This document shows positions 40,174 through 50,411 of a stretch of DNA of 51,962 nt, in pieces. A program made the translations under genes and the position numbers. Numbering within the stretch: position 1 is the first letter of the stretch; each line of letters begins with the position of its first letter. Source of the stretch: Polaromonas sp. (lineage in GTDB: Bacteria; Pseudomonadota; Gammaproteobacteria; Burkholderiales; Burkholderiaceae_C); the NCBI GenBank assembly GCA_040400775.1, contig JBBAPP010000001.1, positions 1 to 51,962 on the forward strand. Direction: 5' to 3'. The notes under the pieces were generated by a model. That model did not search any database. It was not told where the DNA came from and worked only from the letters and a program-made list of their open reading frames with translations.

Positions 40174-41454
40174 TCAGGTTTGAAAAACCTTGTTGTGTAG
40201 ACGTTTTAGCAAAAACCAGACCACCAGCACCACCATGGGCACGGCGATTGCTGTGGTGATTTCTGCGGTCAAGGGCCAGCCTATCGACCTTGCCCCCCTG
40301 GCCACAAAGTACACCAACCCGGAAATATAGTAGGTGATGGCCGCCACGGACAGGCCTTCTACGGTTGATTGCAGTTTGAGCTGCAAGCCCTGGCGCTGGT
40401 TCATCGCGCCAAGCAGAGCCTGGCTGCTTTGCTGCTGCTCAATTTCAACCCGGGTACGCAGCAGGCTGCTGATACGGGAGACGCGCTGGCTCAGAGCGTC
40501 TTGCCGCCGCGTCGCCCACTGGCAGGTACTGCGCGCCGGGCTTAAGCGCCGGTCCATAAATTCACGAATGGTTTGCAAGCCAGCCAAGCGCGACTCGGCA
40601 ATATCGTCGATCCGTTTATCGACCAGTTCAAAGTAGGCGCTGCTGGCTGAAAAGCGTGAATGGCTGGTGGCGTGCTGGCTTTCGACCTGGCCTGCCAGGC
40701 GCGTCAGGCGGTCCAGCAGCTGCGGCTCTTGGTCGCGGCTGGCGCTGCGAATCGCGCCTGCCAATTCGGCCAGCTCACGCTCGGCATTGCCCAGGACTTC
40801 AGACGCTTCACGGGCAGCGGGCAAGCCCATCAGCGCGGCCATGCGGTAGGTTTCAACCTCCAGCAGTTGTTGCACCAAACGACCTAGGCGGCGGGTAGAA
40901 ATCCCGCCCGTTAACAGCAACATACGTGAAAAACCATCCGCGTGAATGGCAAAGTCGGTGTAGACCTCAGCGTAGCCATCGGCCACCGTCGATGCCACCA
41001 GCGTATCTTCACGCATGACCCGCTTGACCAGTTCATCCGTGCCCTCAGCACTGCTTGGCAAAGCCCAGACGTGCACGCTGGCCAGGCACTGCCCCGGTAA
41101 AGCGGCCAGCCATTCTTGCGGCACGACCTGGCTAGCGGTAAGTGGTACTTGGCCCAGCGCTTGCAATACATCGAGCTGGCGAATAAAAGTCCAGGTGACA
41201 AACTCGGTGTGCATTTCCCAGCGCAGCCGGTACTGACCCAAATCCGTGCGCAAATGGGTAGATGCTGCATCGGGCAGGGGCAGATGCTGGTTGCGCAGCA
41301 GCTCGGCCAGATGGGCTCTGGAGGCCAGCCTTTCTTCAGGGCTGGTCAACATCACCACATGCGACACCGCTGCCGGTGCGGTCATGGACTCTGGCGGACG
41401 CGCATGGATTTCGTTGTGCAGCGCTTGGCGTTGGGGATATTGATTCAAGGACAT
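40174..41454 (-). CDS. DUF3422 family membrane-anchored protein
   Basis: LHNEIHARPP, RWEMHTEF, EVETYRM, LQSTVEGLSVAAITYY. Confidence 0.85.
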   Translation of the reverse strand: MSLNQYPQRQALHNEIHARPPESMTAPAAVSHVVMLTSPEERLASRAHLAELLRNQHLPLPDAASTHLRTDLGQYRLRWEMHTEFVTWTFIRQLDVLQALGQVPLTASQVVPQEWLAALPGQCLASVHVWALPSSAEGTDELVKRVMREDTLVASTVADGYAEVYTDFAIHADGFSRMLLLTGGISTRRLGRLVQQLLEVETYRMAALMGLPAAREASEVLGNAERELAELAGAIRSASRDQEPQLLDRLTRLAGQVESQHATSHSRFSASSAYFELVDKRIDDIAESRLAGLQTIREFMDRRLSPARSTCQWATRRQDALSQRVSRISSLLRTRVEIEQQQSSQALLGAMNQRQGLQLKLQSTVEGLSVAAITYYISGLVYFVARGARSIGWPLTAEITTAIAVPMVVLVVWFLLKRLHNKVFQT

Positions 41455-41502
41455 AAGTAGCATCTCTCGCTCTATTGTCGCGCAGGCAACAGGTGCATGA
41501 TA

Positions 41503-41532
41503 AAAGCAAAAAAGCACCCGAAGGTGCTTTTT
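41503..41532 (-). terminator. intrinsic terminator after tctA (possibly bidirectional)
   Basis: aaaaagcacc-cgaa-ggtgcttttt. Confidence 0.85.
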
Positions 41533-41550
41533 CAAAAGTACCTTGCGTGT

Positions 41551-43062
41551 TTATTCTTCGACGAAGGCCTCTTTGCGTTTATTTTTAACCGCAGGCAGCA
41601 ACACAATAATCAGCATCAACAAGCCTGCTGCGAGTAAGGCAGCCGACAACGGACGCGTGACAAATACACTCCAGTCACCGCGCGACAGCAGCAGCGCACG
41701 GCGCAAGTTCTCTTCCATCATCGGGCCCAAAATAAAGCCCAGCAGCAATGGCGCTGGCTCGCAACCAAGTTTGACGAACAAATAGCCAATCGCACCAAAC
41801 GCACCAACGGTCCAGATGTCAAAATTATTGTTGTTGGTCGAGTACACGCCGATCGCACAGAACAGCACAATCGACGGGAACAGGTAACGGTAGGGCACGG
41901 TCAGCAACTTGATCCACATGCCGATCAGGGGCAGGTTCAAAATCACCAACATCAGGTTGCCAATCCACATTGACGCTATCAAACCCCAAAAAAGTTCTGG
42001 ATTACTCGTCATCACCTGTGGGCCGGGCTGGATATTATGAATTGTCATCGCACCGACCATCAGCGCCATCACAGCATTGGGCGGAATACCCAGCGTGAGC
42101 AATGGAATAAAAGAAGTTTGTGCACCCGCATTGTTGGCTGACTCAGGGCCTGCCACGCCGCGAATATTGCCTTGACCGAACGGAACCTCACCGGGTTTGT
42201 TTTTGATTTTTTTCTCTAACGCATAGGCTGCAAATGCAGCCAACAGTGCGCCGCCACCTGGCAAAATGCCTAGTGCCGAACCCAGAAATGTGCCGCGCAA
42301 CATCGCTGGTGCCATGTTTTTGAAATCTTCCTTGGTGGGAAACAGACCTGTGACTTTAGCCGTGAAAACTTCGCGGTCATCCGCTGGTCGCGCCAGATTG
42401 CTGATGATCTCGCCATAGCCGAACACGCCCATTGCTATGACCACAAAACCAATACCGTCAGTGAGTTCAGGGATATCAAAACTGTAGCGTGCCACACCAG
42501 AATTGACGTCAGTACCGACCAAGCCCAAGAGCAAGCCCAGAACAATCATACCGACCGCTTTGAGCAAAGAGCCAGAGGCCAAAACCACCGCGCCAATCAA
42601 GCCCAGCACCATCAGCGCAAAATATTCGGCCGGACCGAATTTGAAAGCCAGTTCGGTTAAAGGTGGCGCAAAGGCAGCCAAAATCAGCGTACCGACACAA
42701 CCTGCAAAAAACGATGAGAGCCCGGCAGCCGCCAGTGCTGGCCCCGCTCGACCTTTTCGGGCCATTTGGTAGCCGTCAATACAGGTCACCACAGACGACG
42801 ACTCCCCCGGCAGATTGACCAAAATAGCGGTGGTTGAACCGCCGTACTGCGCGCCGTAATAGATACCGGCCAGCATGATCAGTGCAGATACCGGAGGCAA
42901 GGCATAGGTAGCTGGCAGCAACATGGCAATCGTGGCCACCGGGCCAATGCCGGGTAGCACACCGATGAGCGTGCCCAAAATGCAGCCGACCAATGCGTAC
43001 AACAGGTTAATGGGCGTAAATGCCACGCCGAAGCCCAGGGATAGATTGGAAATTAAATCCAT
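41551..43062 (-). CDS. tctA: tripartite tricarboxylate transporter large permease TctA
   Basis: GTLIGVLPGIG, YYGAQYGGS, PESANNA, LTLGIP. Confidence 0.94.
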   Translation of the reverse strand: MDLISNLSLGFGVAFTPINLLYALVGCILGTLIGVLPGIGPVATIAMLLPATYALPPVSALIMLAGIYYGAQYGGSTTAILVNLPGESSSVVTCIDGYQMARKGRAGPALAAAGLSSFFAGCVGTLILAAFAPPLTELAFKFGPAEYFALMVLGLIGAVVLASGSLLKAVGMIVLGLLLGLVGTDVNSGVARYSFDIPELTDGIGFVVIAMGVFGYGEIISNLARPADDREVFTAKVTGLFPTKEDFKNMAPAMLRGTFLGSALGILPGGGALLAAFAAYALEKKIKNKPGEVPFGQGNIRGVAGPESANNAGAQTSFIPLLTLGIPPNAVMALMVGAMTIHNIQPGPQVMTSNPELFWGLIASMWIGNLMLVILNLPLIGMWIKLLTVPYRYLFPSIVLFCAIGVYSTNNNNFDIWTVGAFGAIGYLFVKLGCEPAPLLLGFILGPMMEENLRRALLLSRGDWSVFVTRPLSAALLAAGLLMLIIVLLPAVKNKRKEAFVEE

Positions 43063-43090
43063 TTTTTTTCCTTGTTATTTTTATAGGGGA

Positions 43091-43579
43091 TTAGCGCGTC
43101 AAGAACACAGGCCACACCGGGAACTGCAACTTCAGCACGTAGACAAAAGCTATATAGCTGCCAACGGCCAGCACAGTAGCGAGGAGAAAAGTGTTTTTCA
43201 CCTTCCAGCCCGGTTCAGCAACGCTGGCAACAAACACCAGTCCGTAAATGCCAACAATCAAACCCATCGCAGGAATACCAAACTTGGGCAAACCTGCCAG
43301 CAACACGCCAAACAGCAAATTAGAGGCAATGATGTAAAACAGCGGCTTCCAGGCCCAGGCACCAATCTTGTCGCCACCCAGCGTCTCCAGCACCAGCGCC
43401 TTGAACGTGATCACGCTGCCCAGAACAGCCAGTAAAACGCCCAGCATCAAAGGAAAGTAGCCGGGGCCCATGCGCGCACCGGTGCCCACTTTGTAAGTCG
43501 TCGCCCCCCAGGCAAACGCTACACCAACGGCCATAAACATCAGGCCAGAGAAAAAGTCTTTTTGACTCTTGATATTCAC
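43091..43579 (-). CDS. tctB: tripartite tricarboxylate transporter small permease TctB
   Basis: KDFFSG, ARMGPGYFP; GTG start at 43579 after AGGAG. Confidence 0.9.
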   Translation of the reverse strand: MNIKSQKDFFSGLMFMAVGVAFAWGATTYKVGTGARMGPGYFPLMLGVLLAVLGSVITFKALVLETLGGDKIGAWAWKPLFYIIASNLLFGVLLAGLPKFGIPAMGLIVGIYGLVFVASVAEPGWKVKNTFLLATVLAVGSYIAFVYVLKLQFPVWPVFLTR

Positions 43580-43686
43580 TGAAGGTCTCCTTGATAAAAA
43601 AGTTAATGGCGCGATTGTGCATTTATTTTGCGCCAGCCAATATGTGGCTTTCACCTAGATCAGGTTTAAGCCGGGAAAAGCACAGC

Positions 43687-45483
43687 CTAGGACATGGGCG
43701 GCGTTGCCGCCAGAATTTCTTCAATTGTCGTCAGCCCTTCGGCCACCTTGAGCGCACCACCCAGCCGCAAGGGCCGCATGCCATCGGTCACGGCCTGGCG
43801 ACGCAGCGCGTCGATATTGGGCTCTTTGGATACTTTTTCTTTGAAGGCCTCAGTCACCATCAACAGCTCATACAAACCCAAACGACCTTTGAAGCCCGTC
43901 AAGCGACATTGCACGCAACCCACCGGTTTAAAGGGCCGATAAGCACCGTTGAGTTGCCAGGGTTTGACCCATTCAGTCAACGCCTGATGCGATGCGCTGT
44001 GGTCTTTTTCACGGCAGTTGCTGCACAGCGTTCGCACCAGGCGCTGGGCCAGCACCCCCAACAAGGTGGCATTGATCAGATAAGCCGGCACGCCAAGCTC
44101 CATCAAACGCGACACCGCCGACGGCGCATCGTTGGTGTGCAGGGTGCTAAAGACCAGGTGCCCCGTCAGCGCAGCCTGCACCGCCATCTCTGCGGTTTGT
44201 AAATCACGAATTTCACCCACCATGATGATGTCCGGGTCTTGCCGCATCAGGGCGCGCAAGCCTTCGGAGAAGTCAAAGTCAAGGTGCGGCTGAACTTGGG
44301 TTTGGTTAAAAGACGGCTCAATCATCTCGATCGGGTCTTCCACGGTGCTGACGTTCACCGCCTCAGTGGCCAAGCGCTTCAGCGTTGAATACAGGGTGGT
44401 GGTTTTGCCCGAACCGGTCGGCCCGGTCACCAAAATGATGCCGTAAGGACGCTGTACCAAGGTCTCCCAGCGTTTGGCATCGTGCTCGGCAAAGCCCAGC
44501 GCGTCCAGGTCTTTGGCGGTCGCCTCAGGATCAAAAATCCGCATGACCATCTTCTCGCCAAAGGCGGTGGGCAGCGTTGACAGGCGCATTTCAATCTCGT
44601 CACCACGCGGGTTGCGGGTTTTGATGCGTCCGTCTTGCGGGCGGCGCTTTTCCACCACATCCATGCGGCCCAGCAGCTTGATGCGCGCCGTCATGGCGTT
44701 GTGTACCGCCATCGGCAACTGGTAGACCAGATGCAACACGCCGTCGATACGAAAGCGGATCACACCCTGCTCACGGCGCGGCTCTAAATGGATGTCGCTG
44801 GCGCGCTGGTCAAAGGCGTACTGCCACAGCCAGTCCACCACCTGGACCACGCCCTGGTCGTTGGCATCTAGCTGCTGGTTGGTTTTGTTGAGTTCAACCA
44901 GTTGCTCAAAACTGTTACCGCCCGAGTTACCGCCCGCCTTGATCGCCGCCTTGACCGACCTGGCCAGCGAAAAAAACTCAGCCGTGTATTTGCTGATATC
45001 CAGCGGGTTGGCCACCACCAGCCGCACACTGCGCTTGGCCTGACGCTCGACCACTGCGACCCAGTCGGTGATGAAAGGCTCTGACGTGGCGACCACCACC
45101 TCAGTGGCCGTCACCTGCACCGGCAGTACTTTGTGGCGCTCGGCATACATGGCGGACATGCTGTCAGCGACCTTGCTCACGTCGACTTTGAGCGGGTCAA
45201 TCCGCAGGTAATTCAATCTTGCCCGGCCTGCCAGCCACTGGACCATGGTTTCAATGTCCAGCGGTTTGCCGTCTGTCACGCGTGTCATGCTGAGGCTGGC
45301 CAGGCGGATCAGTGGCGGCTGCGCGCTTTGTACCTGTGAACAACGGGCGATGGTGCGGGCCGCCTCAGCCGGACTGATCACGCCATCTTTGTCCAGCCAC
45401 TCGACCAGCGTGCGCCAGTCCAGCGGACCAATGTGTAGCGTTTTAGCGGCTGTAGGCAGCGGTGTCGTAGAGGGTGTACCCAT
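43687..45483 (-). CDS. GspE/PulE/PilB family secretion ATPase
   Basis: ASDIHLEP, RRPQDGR, GPTGSGKTT, TVEDPIE, MRQDPD, TGHLVFSTLH, two CxxC. Confidence 0.93.
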   Translation of the reverse strand: MGTPSTTPLPTAAKTLHIGPLDWRTLVEWLDKDGVISPAEAARTIARCSQVQSAQPPLIRLASLSMTRVTDGKPLDIETMVQWLAGRARLNYLRIDPLKVDVSKVADSMSAMYAERHKVLPVQVTATEVVVATSEPFITDWVAVVERQAKRSVRLVVANPLDISKYTAEFFSLARSVKAAIKAGGNSGGNSFEQLVELNKTNQQLDANDQGVVQVVDWLWQYAFDQRASDIHLEPRREQGVIRFRIDGVLHLVYQLPMAVHNAMTARIKLLGRMDVVEKRRPQDGRIKTRNPRGDEIEMRLSTLPTAFGEKMVMRIFDPEATAKDLDALGFAEHDAKRWETLVQRPYGIILVTGPTGSGKTTTLYSTLKRLATEAVNVSTVEDPIEMIEPSFNQTQVQPHLDFDFSEGLRALMRQDPDIIMVGEIRDLQTAEMAVQAALTGHLVFSTLHTNDAPSAVSRLMELGVPAYLINATLLGVLAQRLVRTLCSNCREKDHSASHQALTEWVKPWQLNGAYRPFKPVGCVQCRLTGFKGRLGLYELLMVTEAFKEKVSKEPNIDALRRQAVTDGMRPLRLGGALKVAEGLTTIEEILAATPPMS

Positions 45484-45510
45484 GGTTTGGACTGTAGCGC
45501 ATGGCTGCGT

Positions 45511-46278
45511 TCACACCACGGGTTTGAACAAGCGCAGCCACTTTTTAGCGGGCAAACCCCAGCGCGACTGAATCTCATCCGCACGGCTAGCCAAAGCAGC
45601 CCGCTCCGGTCGGGTCGGCTCACGCTGGGCCAGCACCACGGTGTTGCCTTCTTTGGTCGGCCTGAAAGCCCAAACCGCCTGCGGGCCAAAAGCCTCTGCT
45701 ATTTTGGCCAATGACTGCTCGTAACTGGCATTACGGCCAAACAAATTGACCGTCATCACGCCATTTTCTTTGAGCAACTGGTAGCAATGCGCGTAAAACT
45801 CGGCACTGTCCAGTACCGGGGCGGCAGCCTCATGGTCATACAAATCGACGTGTAGTAAATCAACAGATTCAACGTGCTGCGGTTTTTGAATCTCCAGCGC
45901 CGCATCGGCTTCAATCACCGTCAAGCGGGTGTCGTCTTTGGGCAGCTTGAACCAGGTTCGGCAGGCCGCGATGACCTGACGGTTGATCTCAATGGCGGTG
46001 ACTTTCAGGCGCAGCTTTTTGTAGCAAAACTTGGTCAGGGTGGCGGCCCCCAAACCGAGCTGCATGGCATGCAGTTTAGGTACGGCCAGCGGGTCAAAAA
46101 ACAGCAGCCCCGCCATCATGCGCTGTACGTATTCCAGTTCAATGTCAAACGGCTCGTCGATCAACATCGAGCCTTGCACCCAGAGCGTGCCCAGATGCAG
46201 GTAACGCACGTCACCGTAGTCTGAAAAGTTGACCTCAGGCAGCATCAGTGGGTTGGGTTGGGTTTTTTTATCAGTCAA
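45511..46278 (-). CDS. spermidine synthase-like SAM-dependent methyltransferase
   Basis: LEYVQRM, QLGLGAA, AIEIN, VDLYD. Confidence 0.8.
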   Translation of the reverse strand: MTDKKTQPNPLMLPEVNFSDYGDVRYLHLGTLWVQGSMLIDEPFDIELEYVQRMMAGLLFFDPLAVPKLHAMQLGLGAATLTKFCYKKLRLKVTAIEINRQVIAACRTWFKLPKDDTRLTVIEADAALEIQKPQHVESVDLLHVDLYDHEAAAPVLDSAEFYAHCYQLLKENGVMTVNLFGRNASYEQSLAKIAEAFGPQAVWAFRPTKEGNTVVLAQREPTRPERAALASRADEIQSRWGLPAKKWLRLFKPVV

Positions 46279-46292
46279 AGTGGATTCTTAGA

Positions 46293-46359
46293 TGCTATTA
46301 AAAAAATAGCTTATGACGCATGTATTCATTGGTCTAGAGCCCTAAAACATACCATGAAA
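46293..46359 (+). repeat. family P element, intergenic reference copy
   Basis: tgctat-taaaaaa-atagc; ggtctagag at +37; ccctaaaacatacc. Confidence 0.85.
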
Positions 46360-46377
46360 GGATAAAATAGCTCAAAA

Positions 46378-47229
46378 TCAGCCTTTTTTGAGCAAAACAG
46401 CCAATTTAGGCAAAGCTTTTACTGCATTGGCCGTTGTGGCTTGGGCTAATTCTAAAAGCGACAGGCCGCGCAGATCGGCCAGTACTTGCGCGATGCGCGG
46501 CAGCTCGCTGGGCTCGTTACGGCCTTGGGCAAGGCCCTGCGCCCGGTCAGCGGCGCGGGTGTAAAGCCACTGCGGTGGCATGTCAGGCGAGTCGGTTTCC
46601 ATCACCAGCGCGTCCAAAGGCAAATCAGCGGCCAGCCGCCGCAGTTGTAAAGCGGCCTCATAAGTCACCGCGCCGCCAAAGCCGAGATTGAAGCCCAGTT
46701 TGATGAATCCATTCGCCTGCTGCTGGCTACCGTTGAAGGCATGGGCAATGCCGCGCCAGCCACCTGCGGGTTGAATCTCTCGCAAATACTTGAGCAGCCC
46801 GTCGGCCGAGCGCCGCACATGCAAGATGACGGGCAAAGCGTGTTTGCGAGCCAATGTAAGCTGCGCCCGGTAAAAAAACGCCTGCCGCTCACGCATGGCT
46901 GGCAGCATCAGTTCGGGCACGAAGTAATCCAAACCTATTTCACCGACTGCCACCAAGCGCGGATCAGACCGGCGCAGGCTGAGTTCGGCATCCAGCGTGT
47001 CAAGGTCAGCTGCTTTGGCCTGAGGCACACACGTCGGGTGAATGCCCAGCGCATAGCTATAGCCGAATTGCTCCGCCAAGCTGCGTACAGCCTGAAAATT
47101 GCTAACCGCTACTGCGGGTATGACGCAATGTACGACACCCGCAGCGCTGGCGCGTAAGGCGACGTCTGCCATGTCCCCGCGCCATTGCATGGCATCCAGA
47201 TGGCCGTGTGTGTCAATCCAGTTTGTCAT
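46378..47229 (-). CDS. TatD family hydrolase
   Basis: IDTHGHLD, GIHP, VGEIGLDY, ILHVR, METDSPD. Confidence 0.93.
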   Translation of the reverse strand: MTNWIDTHGHLDAMQWRGDMADVALRASAAGVVHCVIPAVAVSNFQAVRSLAEQFGYSYALGIHPTCVPQAKAADLDTLDAELSLRRSDPRLVAVGEIGLDYFVPELMLPAMRERQAFFYRAQLTLARKHALPVILHVRRSADGLLKYLREIQPAGGWRGIAHAFNGSQQQANGFIKLGFNLGFGGAVTYEAALQLRRLAADLPLDALVMETDSPDMPPQWLYTRAADRAQGLAQGRNEPSELPRIAQVLADLRGLSLLELAQATTANAVKALPKLAVLLKKG

Positions 47230-47334
47230 ATCTCTAGGGTGCCAACACACCCTTGGTGCAAAGAATTAAAAATCGTGCTAGGGTAGACTTTGGTCAGGAA
47301 GTTAAAAATCACACTGCAATAGATAGGTGAGCCT

Positions 47335-48291
47335 ATGAGACGACCCGCGCTTTACAGCCGTTCAAGCAAATCAGAGCCAGCCCGCAACCCTGATCAGGCG
47401 ATGGCTGAGCTTACCCCAAGCCCTGGGTGGCGCTTCAAAAGTTTGCAAAAATACCTGCGCTTGAACCAACTCAAGCTGCTATGGTCGATGTTGGGGCTGT
47501 TGGCTTTGATGCTGGCTTTGAGCCTGTTTTCCGCCAGGCCAGGGGAGCGCAAACTTACCCAAGAAGACATCAATGCAGCCGTGCTAAAAACACTTGAGAC
47601 CACGCCATTGCCATCGGCTGCTGCCAAAGCCTATGAAACCATCATCCCGTCAGTCGTTCAGGTGGTCGGCTACAGCAAAAGCAAGGCTGGCAAGGATGGT
47701 AAAAGTGGCAAGACTGGCAAGGATGGTAAACAAGACAAAGATGACGAGGAGAGCCATCGCAGCGTCGGCACCGGTGTCGTGATTGTCGACAAAGGCATTA
47801 TTCTGACCAACCTGCATGTGGTGCAAGGTGCAGATGTGATTCACATTACCTTCGCCGACGGGATGACAAGCACTGCGTCCATCACGGGTGCGCAGCCTGA
47901 AAACGATTTAGCGGTTTTGCAAGCCCACAAAATCCCGGACGACATGATTGCCGCCACCATGCGCTCCACCGCAGACCTGCGCCCTGGCGACCAAGTGATG
48001 GCCGTGGGCTACCCGTTTGGTATCGGGCCATCGGCCTCCAGCGGCATCGTGTCTGGGCTGAAGCGAACGTTTCGCTCGCCCGAAGGTCAGCAAGAAATGC
48101 GTAACCTGATTCAATTTGACGCCGCCGCCAACCCCGGCAATTCAGGCGGGCCGCTGGTCACGATGGACGGCGAAGTGGTGGGCATCGTGACGGCTATTTA
48201 CAACCCGAACCAGCAAAGGACGTTTGTCGGGATTGGGTTCGCTGTTCCGATTGAGAACGCCGCGTCGGCGGTCGGACTTACGCCGTTCTAA
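47335..48291 (+). CDS. membrane-anchored trypsin-like (S1C) serine protease without PDZ domain
   Basis: TM segment; TNLHVV, DLAVL, NPGNSGGPL triad; ORF ends right after the protease domain. Confidence 0.88.
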   Translation: MRRPALYSRSSKSEPARNPDQAMAELTPSPGWRFKSLQKYLRLNQLKLLWSMLGLLALMLALSLFSARPGERKLTQEDINAAVLKTLETTPLPSAAAKAYETIIPSVVQVVGYSKSKAGKDGKSGKTGKDGKQDKDDEESHRSVGTGVVIVDKGIILTNLHVVQGADVIHITFADGMTSTASITGAQPENDLAVLQAHKIPDDMIAATMRSTADLRPGDQVMAVGYPFGIGPSASSGIVSGLKRTFRSPEGQQEMRNLIQFDAAANPGNSGGPLVTMDGEVVGIVTAIYNPNQQRTFVGIGFAVPIENAASAVGLTPF

Positions 48292-48322
48292 AGAACGAAG
48301 TATCCCGACCGCGACCGAGGAC

Positions 48323-48408
48323 CTTTGCGGGACAGACCGAAAATGCTTTACTTTGCGGGACAGACCGACAGACCTGCGAAGCAGCCTGTCGCTCTGTCCC
48401 CAAACTGA
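48323..48408 (+). repeat. 18-bp direct repeat plus hairpin
   Basis: ctttgcgggacagaccga at 48323 and 48351; the second copy pairs with ctgtcgctctgtccccaaa. Confidence 0.7.
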
Positions 48409-48462
48409 TCAACTCCCCGAATTTTGAACCCGAATTTGAACCCGACTTAAAAAGGCCAAACC

Positions 48463-49458
48463 ATGCAGGAAACCCAGAATACCGCCCAGCTCATGGAAAA
48501 AATCCTCTATGAAGTCAAGCGTATCGTCGTCGGGCAAGACAATTTTTTAGAACGCGTCATGGTCGCCATTCTTGCGCAAGGCCACTTGCTGGTTGAAGGT
48601 GTGCCGGGACTGGCCAAAACACTCACGGTTAAAACCCTGGCCAGCACCATCAGAGGTGACTTCAAGCGCATCCAGTTCACGCCTGACCTGGTACCCGCCG
48701 ATTTGATTGGCACACGTATTTACAACCAAAAAACAGGCGAGTTCAGCACCTCACTGGGCCCGGTGTTTACCAATTTGCTGCTGGCTGACGAGATCAATCG
48801 TGCGCCCGCCAAGGTACAAAGCGCCTTGCTGGAAGTAATGCAGGAGCGCCAAGTCACGATTGCCGGCGTCACGCACAAAGTGCCCTCGCCGTTCCTTGTC
48901 ATGGCGACGCAAAACCCGATTGAAACCGAAGGCACCTACCCGCTGCCTGAGGCACAGGTAGACCGCTTCATGATGAAAGTGCTGGTCGACTACCCGACCG
49001 ATGAGGAAGAGTTTGTGATCGTGCAGCGCGTGACCGGCCCAGCCGTGGCCGTATCGGCCGTAGCCACTACCGCGCAACTGGCTGAGCTGCAAGCTGAATG
49101 CCGACAGGTGTATGTTGATCCATCGCTGGTGCAGTACGCCGTCAAGTTGGTGTCCGCCACCCGCAACCCCGACAAGCACGGCATGGCCGAGCTGGCGCGT
49201 TTCATCACCTTTGGTGCCAGCCCCCGCGCAACCATTAATTTGACCGAAGGCGCGCGCGCGCTGGCCATGCTGCGCGGACGCAGCTATGCACTGCCCGAAG
49301 ACATGACCGATTTGGTACCTGATGTGCTGCGACATCGCCTGGTACTGTCGTATGAGGCGCTGTCTGAAGGCTTGACTGCCGATGCAGTGGTCAGCAAAAT
49401 CATGGCCAAAATTCCACAACCCGCAAAACCTCTTGCGCATGAACAGCTCGCAGCCTAA
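48463..49458 (+). CDS. MoxR family AAA+ ATPase
   Basis: EGVPGLAKT, RIQFTPDLVPAD, DEINRAPAKVQSALL, ATQNPIE, GASPR. Confidence 0.94.
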   Translation: MQETQNTAQLMEKILYEVKRIVVGQDNFLERVMVAILAQGHLLVEGVPGLAKTLTVKTLASTIRGDFKRIQFTPDLVPADLIGTRIYNQKTGEFSTSLGPVFTNLLLADEINRAPAKVQSALLEVMQERQVTIAGVTHKVPSPFLVMATQNPIETEGTYPLPEAQVDRFMMKVLVDYPTDEEEFVIVQRVTGPAVAVSAVATTAQLAELQAECRQVYVDPSLVQYAVKLVSATRNPDKHGMAELARFITFGASPRATINLTEGARALAMLRGRSYALPEDMTDLVPDVLRHRLVLSYEALSEGLTADAVVSKIMAKIPQPAKPLAHEQLAA

Positions 49459-50389
49459 ACAGAAAGAAGGCGCAGAGCAGCTTCTGCGACGCCTTGAATG
49501 GACAGTGCTGCGCCGTCTTGATGGCTTGCTGCAAGGCGACTACCGCACGTTGCTGCGCGGCACAGGCATGGACCTGGCCGACCTGCGCGAATACCAGCAC
49601 CATGACGATGTGCGTCACATTGACTGGAACGTGACGGCACGATTGCAGCAGCCGCATGTTCGTGTTTTCACCGAAGACCGTGAAATGAATGCCTGGTTTT
49701 TACTCGACCTCAGTCCGTCGATGGACTTTGGTTCGGGCGACCAGCGCAAGCGCGGCTTGTCGGCTGAATTTGTCGGCGTGCTGGCACGCACATTGACACG
49801 CCATGGTAACCGCGTGGGCGCGATGTTGTATGGCTCTGGGGTAGATACTGTGATTCCTGCGCGCGGCGGCAGGCAGCATATTTTGCAGCTCCTGCATACC
49901 CTGCAAATTCGACCTGATGCAAAACAAGCGGGCCCCACAAAATTACATGAATTGCTGGAATCTGCCGCCAAACAGATACGCCGCCGCTCGACGATTTTTG
50001 TGGTGTCTGACTTCATCAGCGAGTCGGGCTGGGAAAAGCCGCTGGGCATATTGGCGCAACGGCACGAAGCAGTGGCCGTGCGGCTGCTGGACCCGATGGA
50101 GCTTGATCTGCCTGACTTGGGTTTGATGCCGATGACTGATGCTGAAACAGGCGAGCAGTTGCTGGTGGATACGCACGACGCGGGCTTTCGTAAACGCTTC
50201 GCACGGATTGCGGCGCAACGCGAAGCTGACTTGCGGCAGTCGCTGACCAAAGCCGGCGTAGACACACTCGAGCTGGCTACCGATGGCGACCTGGTAGAGG
50301 CGTTGTTGCGCTTTACCGACATGCGTAAACGCCGTAGCCGTATATCAACAGGCGGCGCATTGCCTGCACACTTAAAGCACGCTGCTTAA
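49439..50389 (+). CDS. DUF58 domain protein
   Basis: LREYQHHDDVRHIDWNVTAR, LDLSPSM, VVSDF. Confidence 0.9.
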   Translation: MNSSQPKQKEGAEQLLRRLEWTVLRRLDGLLQGDYRTLLRGTGMDLADLREYQHHDDVRHIDWNVTARLQQPHVRVFTEDREMNAWFLLDLSPSMDFGSGDQRKRGLSAEFVGVLARTLTRHGNRVGAMLYGSGVDTVIPARGGRQHILQLLHTLQIRPDAKQAGPTKLHELLESAAKQIRRRSTIFVVSDFISESGWEKPLGILAQRHEAVAVRLLDPMELDLPDLGLMPMTDAETGEQLLVDTHDAGFRKRFARIAAQREADLRQSLTKAGVDTLELATDGDLVEALLRFTDMRKRRSRISTGGALPAHLKHAA

Positions 50390-50411
50390 ACACCCATCAA
50401 GGACACCGCAT

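Noticed and set aside
48323-48368. Direct repeats as a mini-CRISPR
   Set aside because: Only two 18-bp units with a 10-bp spacer, and no cas genes.
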